Source of the DNA: an uncultured bacterium
GTDB lineage: Bacteria; Bacteroidota; Bacteroidia; Chitinophagales; Chitinophagaceae
Direction of reading: 5' to 3'
DNA length: 64,000 nt
Assembly (NCBI GenBank): GCA_903826405.1
Contig: CAIKEH010000054.1
Coordinates: 8,027 to 72,026 of the forward strand
The position numbers and the translations under genes are program-made. This document shows positions 59,090 through 64,000 of this stretch, piece by piece. The stretch's first letter is position 1. Each line of letters begins with the position of its first letter. The notes beneath the pieces were generated by a model. That model did not search any database. It saw only the letters and a program-made list of their open reading frames with translations, and was not told the origin of the DNA.

Positions 59090-59311
59090 TCAGAGATGAC
59101 GTAGTGGATTGCGCTTCCCACTAACGATATACCGTTTCAGGTTCATGAAGAATGCCATGACCAAATAGACAACAACAGGTGAACCCAGTGTCAGGAAGGA
59201 AATATATATGAAATACTTGCGAATGACCAATGGGGAGATACCCATTTTATCACCCAACCAGGAGCAAACTCCGAATAGGTGCCATTCAATGAAATTCTTG
59301 AATCGGTTCAT
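59090..59311 (-). CDS. PspC-domain small membrane protein; start moved from 59557 to MNRFKN
   Basis: [15 protein letters not shown]...IR.YFIY and a TM segment, typical of PspC. Confidence 0.75.
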   Translation of the reverse strand: MNRFKNFIEWHLFGVCSWLGDKMGISPLVIRKYFIYISFLTLGSPVVVYLVMAFFMNLKRYIVSGKRNPLRHL

Positions 59312-59437
59312 GGTATGAAAATATACATAGATTTTAGAAAACGAAGAATTGTGGAGGGTCCTTGTTTTTGCGTAAATTCGCACCGCTTTGACAGCACCTC
59401 CATTCCAATCTACGCAGTCAAAATTAAAAATTACAAC

Positions 59438-61702
59438 ATGGTTTTCGATCTGGATCTTATTCGTAAAGTCTATGCTGACCTCCCCGCCAAAGTCGATGCT
59501 GCCCGAAAACTGACGGGCAAGCCCCTCACTTTGGCAGAAAAAATACTCTACTCGCATCTATATGACACTACAACCACCGCATTTTCAAGAGGTAAGGACT
59601 ATGTGGAGTTTGCTCCGGACAGGGTGGCCATGCAAGATGCCACTGCACAGATGGCACTCCTTCAATTCATGACCTGCGGCCGCAACAAGGTGGCCGTTCC
59701 CTCCACTGTCCATTGCGATCACCTGATCCAGGCCAAGACCGGTGCGGTGGCCGACCTGAAATCGGCTTTGGACACGAACCGGGAAGTTTATGATTTTCTG
59801 GCCTCCATCTCCGATAAATATGGAATCGGTTTCTGGAAGGCAGGAGCTGGAATCATCCACCAGGTGGTCTTAGAAAATTACGCCTTCCCCGGAGGCATGA
59901 TGATCGGAACGGACTCCCACACCCCGAATGCAGGTGGTCTCGGGATGGTAGCCATCGGCGTAGGTGGTGCAGATGCTGTTGATGTCATGGCCGGACTGCC
60001 TTGGGAATTAAAGATGCCGAAAGTGATAGGGATCAATCTGAAAGGTAAGATGAGCGGATGGACCTCGGCAAAGGACATCATCCTTTGGGTAGCTGGTCAG
60101 TTGACCGTAAAAGGTGGAACCGGTGCTATCGTAGAATATTTCGGTGAAGGCGCCGACAGCCTCAGCGCCACAGGCAAGGGCACGATCTGCAACATGGGCG
60201 CAGAGATAGGAGCTACCTGCTCTGTTTTCGCTTATGATGAGAAGATCGCCGGCTACCTGAAATCCACCGGCCGTGACGAAGTGGCTGCTTTGGCAGACCA
60301 GGTCAGGGATCACCTGAGACCCGATCCTGAAGTATATGCCAACCCCGAGAAATACTATGATCAGGTCCTCGAACTCGACCTAAGCACTCTCGAGCCCTAC
60401 GTAAATGGCCCCTTCACCCCGGATCTTGCAACTCCGATATCCCGCATGAAAGAAGCCGTTGAAAAGAACGGATGGCCTTCCAAACTGGAAGTCGCTTTGA
60501 TCGGATCATGCACCAACTCTTCCTATGAGGACATCAGTCGTTCCGCATCCATAGTCAAGGACGCAGTAGGCAAGGGACTCAAAGCTCATTCTGATTTCAC
60601 CATCACCCCAGGCTCGGAATTGGTGCGTTTTACGATCGAGCGCGACGGCTTCATCAAACAGTTCGAAGAGGTCGGAGGTGTAGTTCTCGCCAATGCTTGT
60701 GGTCCCTGTATCGGCCAATGGGCAAGGCATATCGACGATCCCAACCGCAAGAATACGATCATCACATCTTTCAATAGGAATTTTGCAAAACGAAATGACG
60801 GGCTCGCCAGCACCCACGCCTTTGTGGCATCACCGGAGATCGTGACCGCTATGGCCATCGCTGGCACGATATCATTCAACCCCCTTACTGATACCCTGAA
60901 GAACGAAAATGGTGAAGACGTTAAACTTGCCGAGCCGCAGGGACATGAACTTCCTCCCAAAGGATTTGCCGTCGACGACCCCGGTTATCAGGCACCCGCT
61001 GCCGATGGAAGCAACGTTCAGGTGATCGTCAGCCCGGAAAGCAAGCGACTTCAACTGCTCGCCCCTTTCAGCGCATGGGAAGGGACGGACCTCAAAGGCA
61101 TGAAGTTGCTGATAAAGGCCAAAGGGAAATGTACCACAGACCATATATCCATGGCAGGACCTTGGCTGAAATTCAGGGGGCATCTAGACAATATCTCCAA
61201 TAATATGCTCATCGGAGCAATCAACTTCTTCAACGACAAAACAGATTCCGTCAGGAACCAGATCACCGGCGAGTACGGCACTGTGCCGGATACACAGCGA
61301 GCCTACAAAGCAGCGGGCATAGGCAGTATCGTCGTGGGAGATGAGAACTACGGCGAAGGCTCCAGCCGAGAACATGCAGCCATGGAGCCTCGACACCTTG
61401 GTGTAAAGGCCATTCTGGTGCGTAGTTTCGCACGAATCCATGAAACCAACCTGAAAAAACAAGGTATGCTGGCACTCACCTTTGCAAACAAAGAGGACTA
61501 TGACAAGATCAAAGAAGACGATATGATCGACATCGTGGGACTCACCACCTTCACTGAAGGTGTGCCCTTGACCGTCGTACTGCACCATTCGGATGGCACT
61601 ACAGACAATGTCAAAGTCAACCACACCTACAACGCGCCTCAGATCGAGTGGTTCAAGGCAGGCGGGGCGCTGAATGTGATCCGTTCCCAGTTCGCCAAAT
61701 GA
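59438..61702 (+). CDS. acnA: Aconitate hydratase (mitochondrial-type); start moved from 59279 to MVFDLD
   Basis: [51 protein letters not shown]. Confidence 0.95.
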   Translation: MVFDLDLIRKVYADLPAKVDAARKLTGKPLTLAEKILYSHLYDTTTTAFSRGKDYVEFAPDRVAMQDATAQMALLQFMTCGRNKVAVPSTVHCDHLIQAKTGAVADLKSALDTNREVYDFLASISDKYGIGFWKAGAGIIHQVVLENYAFPGGMMIGTDSHTPNAGGLGMVAIGVGGADAVDVMAGLPWELKMPKVIGINLKGKMSGWTSAKDIILWVAGQLTVKGGTGAIVEYFGEGADSLSATGKGTICNMGAEIGATCSVFAYDEKIAGYLKSTGRDEVAALADQVRDHLRPDPEVYANPEKYYDQVLELDLSTLEPYVNGPFTPDLATPISRMKEAVEKNGWPSKLEVALIGSCTNSSYEDISRSASIVKDAVGKGLKAHSDFTITPGSELVRFTIERDGFIKQFEEVGGVVLANACGPCIGQWARHIDDPNRKNTIITSFNRNFAKRNDGLASTHAFVASPEIVTAMAIAGTISFNPLTDTLKNENGEDVKLAEPQGHELPPKGFAVDDPGYQAPAADGSNVQVIVSPESKRLQLLAPFSAWEGTDLKGMKLLIKAKGKCTTDHISMAGPWLKFRGHLDNISNNMLIGAINFFNDKTDSVRNQITGEYGTVPDTQRAYKAAGIGSIVVGDENYGEGSSREHAAMEPRHLGVKAILVRSFARIHETNLKKQGMLALTFANKEDYDKIKEDDMIDIVGLTTFTEGVPLTVVLHHSDGTTDNVKVNHTYNAPQIEWFKAGGALNVIRSQFAK

Positions 61703-61717
61703 TAATATGATCACTGA

Positions 61718-61757
61718 AATAAGAGAAGGTCCTGTACAAACAGGACCTTCTCTTATT
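61718..61757. terminator. Strong intrinsic terminator after aconitase
   Basis: 18-bp perfect stem aataagagaaggtcctgt / acaggaccttctcttatt, loop acaa. Confidence 0.85.
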
Positions 61758-61786
61758 AAGTAGCCTTTTTAGGGCAATGTTGTACA

Positions 61787-62908
61787 TTGACCAAGCAAAT
61801 TCCCCGTATGCACCGATTTCTATCCATCCACTTACTGCTGATTTTTTTCAACCTGGTATCGTATGCCCAAAATGACCGCCCCAAAACTCTCGACTCCCTT
61901 TTTCGAACTTTTTTCCCGGATAATGAACCTGGCGGTGCGGTACTCATCGCCCGGGATGGACAAGTGAAATTCAGCAAAGGCTATGGAATTTCAGACATGC
62001 TTTCCCGCGAGCAAATGACCACCAAGACCCTGCTCAACCTGGGGTCCATCAGCAAGACCTTTGTGGCCTATGGCATCCTTCAACTTGCCGAGGAAAAAAA
62101 ACTGTCCCTGAATGACCCTGTCGGAAAATACTTCCCGGGCTTTCGGAACAAAGAGATTGCACAGAAGGTTAAATTGTTCCACCTGCTGACCCACAGTTCG
62201 GGATTGCCCGATAATCGCCGGACCAAAGAAGATAGCATTTTCTACTTGAGTGCAAAGGACTTGGAGAATTTCAATCCAATACTTGAAAACGACTCCCTTC
62301 ATTTCGAACCCGGGGAGCGTTTTGAATATTCCAATCCCGCTTTCAACGGCCTTGCACTTGTAATTGAACAAGTCACCAAAATGAAATGGCAGGACTATAT
62401 CCGCGAGCTGATCTTCCGTCCTGCAGGCATGAAAAGATCCACCATCACGGACGGGCCTTATCCGGAAAAGGGTGTTGCCCACGCATATCTAACCGATGGC
62501 GCGTCCTGGTACGAGCAGGATTATGGAGAGGAACCCACCTTCGCAGCATCAGGAAATGGCGGGGTCTGGAGCAATGTGGAAGAATTATGGAAGTATGAAT
62601 TGGCCATACAACGACACCGCTTCTTGAATCAAGCATGGATCAGTAGTTCCCGAACCCCCTATCCTTTGAAGAATTGGAAAGGTGATACTCCCCCATTCAT
62701 CGGACTAAGCTGGTTCATCACCGAAATGAACGGTGTACGCACCATCGGCCATACCGGATCTCAAGGCGGTTTCCTCGCCGACTACGTATGGGTGCCTGAT
62801 GAGGACTTCTTTTATGTCGTTCTCTGCAATACTCCTCGTGACCTGAATTCACTCAGAGCTAAAGTCTTCGCACTATCAAACATCAAAAACAGAAAAAGGG
62901 GAAAATGA
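61787..62908 (+). CDS. Serine hydrolase, beta-lactamase/AmpC-like family
   Basis: SxxK (GSISK), YSN, GHTGSQGG; signal peptide. Confidence 0.88.
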   Translation: MTKQIPRMHRFLSIHLLLIFFNLVSYAQNDRPKTLDSLFRTFFPDNEPGGAVLIARDGQVKFSKGYGISDMLSREQMTTKTLLNLGSISKTFVAYGILQLAEEKKLSLNDPVGKYFPGFRNKEIAQKVKLFHLLTHSSGLPDNRRTKEDSIFYLSAKDLENFNPILENDSLHFEPGERFEYSNPAFNGLALVIEQVTKMKWQDYIRELIFRPAGMKRSTITDGPYPEKGVAHAYLTDGASWYEQDYGEEPTFAASGNGGVWSNVEELWKYELAIQRHRFLNQAWISSSRTPYPLKNWKGDTPPFIGLSWFITEMNGVRTIGHTGSQGGFLADYVWVPDEDFFYVVLCNTPRDLNSLRAKVFALSNIKNRKRGK

Positions 62909-64000
62909 AATATCATCATGCTTACATGCTCGCTTCCTTTTTGGGATCGATCATGTCCACCTGTGCCGTCGCACAGAACGACAACCCGAAAAACAATAAC
63001 CCATTTACTGTGATCGCTTATTATACCGGCGATTCAGCTTCCATCTCCAATTACCGAATCAACCAGCTCACCCATATCATATACAGTTTCGGACACCTAG
63101 ATGGAGATACCATTACGATTGACCCGAAGAAAGGCCCAGGCACTCTGCGTGCGTTAGCAGCCTTGAAGAGATCATTTCCACAATTGAAAATCCAGATCGC
63201 CCTCGGGGGCTGGGGAGGTTGCCGAACGTGTTCAGAGGTATTCTCGACCAGTAAGGGAAGAGAGAATTTCGCCCTTTCCGTTAGAAGACTTTGTATACGA
63301 TATGGGATCGACGGCATCGATGTGGACTGGGAATATCCTGCGATCGAAGGTTATCCCGGTCATCCCTTCAAACTGGAGGACAGGGAGAACCTGACCGCTT
63401 TGTTAAAGGAACTACGCATGCAATTGGGTGCACAGGCAGAGATCAGCTTTGCCGTCGGCGCCTTCGCCAGATTTGTGAACACCTCTGCAGAATGGAGAAA
63501 AATAGAACCACTCATCGATCGAGTAAATCTCATGAATTACGATTTCGTATCTGAGGGGAGTAAGATCACCGGACACCATTCGCCCCTGTATTCCTCCGCT
63601 CAAACAGAGAACTCGGCAGATCATGCCATCAACCTTTTACGATCCGCAGGATTCCCCTTGAACAAGATCGTGATCGGTTGCGCTTTTTATTCGAGATCAT
63701 TCGAACAGGTAGGAGATCAGGATCACGGCCTCTACCAACCTGGCAAATTCTTCAAATTCATACCCTACCGAAAACTGGAAGAATTATCCAGATCGGACAG
63801 TAGCATGCATCTTTACCGGGACGAAACAACACGTTCTCCATTTCTGTATAGCCGTTCAAATAAGATCTACTACTCTTTTGATGACCCTATCTCCGTTTCA
63901 GAAAAAACCCAATATGCACTTGACAAAAGACTCAATGGGGTGATGTTCTGGGAACTGACTCTGGATAAACAGACCGGTGGACTGCTCGATGCCATCAGTA
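62905..64000 (+). CDS. GH18 chitinase-like glycoside hydrolase, truncated by the window end; not in ORF track
   Basis: Hand translation: MKYHHAYMLAS...VIAYY...LTHIIYSF...IALGGWGG...DGIDVDWEYP...NLMNYD...GVMFWEL; intact DxxDxDxE. Confidence 0.9.
   Translation, partial: MKYHHAYMLASFLGSIMSTCAVAQNDNPKNNNPFTVIAYYTGDSASISNYRINQLTHIIYSFGHLDGDTITIDPKKGPGTLRALAALKRSFPQLKIQIALGGWGGCRTCSEVFSTSKGRENFALSVRRLCIRYGIDGIDVDWEYPAIEGYPGHPFKLEDRENLTALLKELRMQLGAQAEISFAVGAFARFVNTSAEWRKIEPLIDRVNLMNYDFVSEGSKITGHHSPLYSSAQTENSADHAINLLRSAGFPLNKIVIGCAFYSRSFEQVGDQDHGLYQPGKFFKFIPYRKLEELSRSDSSMHLYRDETTRSPFLYSRSNKIYYSFDDPISVSEKTQYALDKRLNGVMFWELTLDKQTGGLLDAIS

Noticed and set aside
59279-59557. Apparent 279-bp overlap between the aconitase and PspC ORFs
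   Set aside because: Artefact of longest-ORF starts; starts at 59438 and 59311 leave a normal divergent spacer.
59438-61702. Mitochondrial-like aconitase as a eukaryote-to-bacterium transfer or contamination
   Set aside because: This aconitase type is established in Bacteroidota; the gene has no introns and has a bacterial terminator.
61787-62908. Antibiotic-resistance beta-lactamase
   Set aside because: SxxK/YxN/HTG motifs are shared by many esterases and peptidases of this fold; nothing shows beta-lactam specificity.

Overview
A 64-kb chromosomal window from a Bacteroidota bacterium, probably Chitinophagaceae-like. This is inferred from TAnnTTTG -7 promoter elements, a PorQ-like T9SS gene, a mitochondrial-type aconitase, and A-rich start regions without clear Shine-Dalgarno sites. 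In order it holds: two paralogous lipoproteins; a sucrose-type operon (MFS transporter, fructokinase, amylosucrase-like GH13); an Ig-GH144 lipoprotein; a complete divergent heme biosynthesis cluster (hemH-hemJ / hemA-C-D-E-F-B-L); a sugar region (xylA, xylB, SSS symporter, galT, a plant-L-arabinokinase-like GHMP kinase, galM, galK, nagB-like) interrupted by a madL-madM-malonyl-CoA synthetase unit; an orphan LuxE-like gene; an M42 peptidase followed by an uncalled 49-aa DPGSGS membrane microprotein, a NoeA-like kinase-methyltransferase fusion and an alkaline-phosphatase-fold membrane transferase; porQ, lon, parA-parB, dapB, kdsA, a decayed AraC gene, aconitase, a serine hydrolase and a truncated GH18 gene. 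I saw no rRNA, tRNA, CRISPR array or transposase. The best candidates for undescribed systems are the microprotein/kinase-methyltransferase/transferase cassette (38912-41932) and the arabinokinase-like + GalT pair (22442-24831). All family assignments come from motifs read by eye and from recall, not from database searches.
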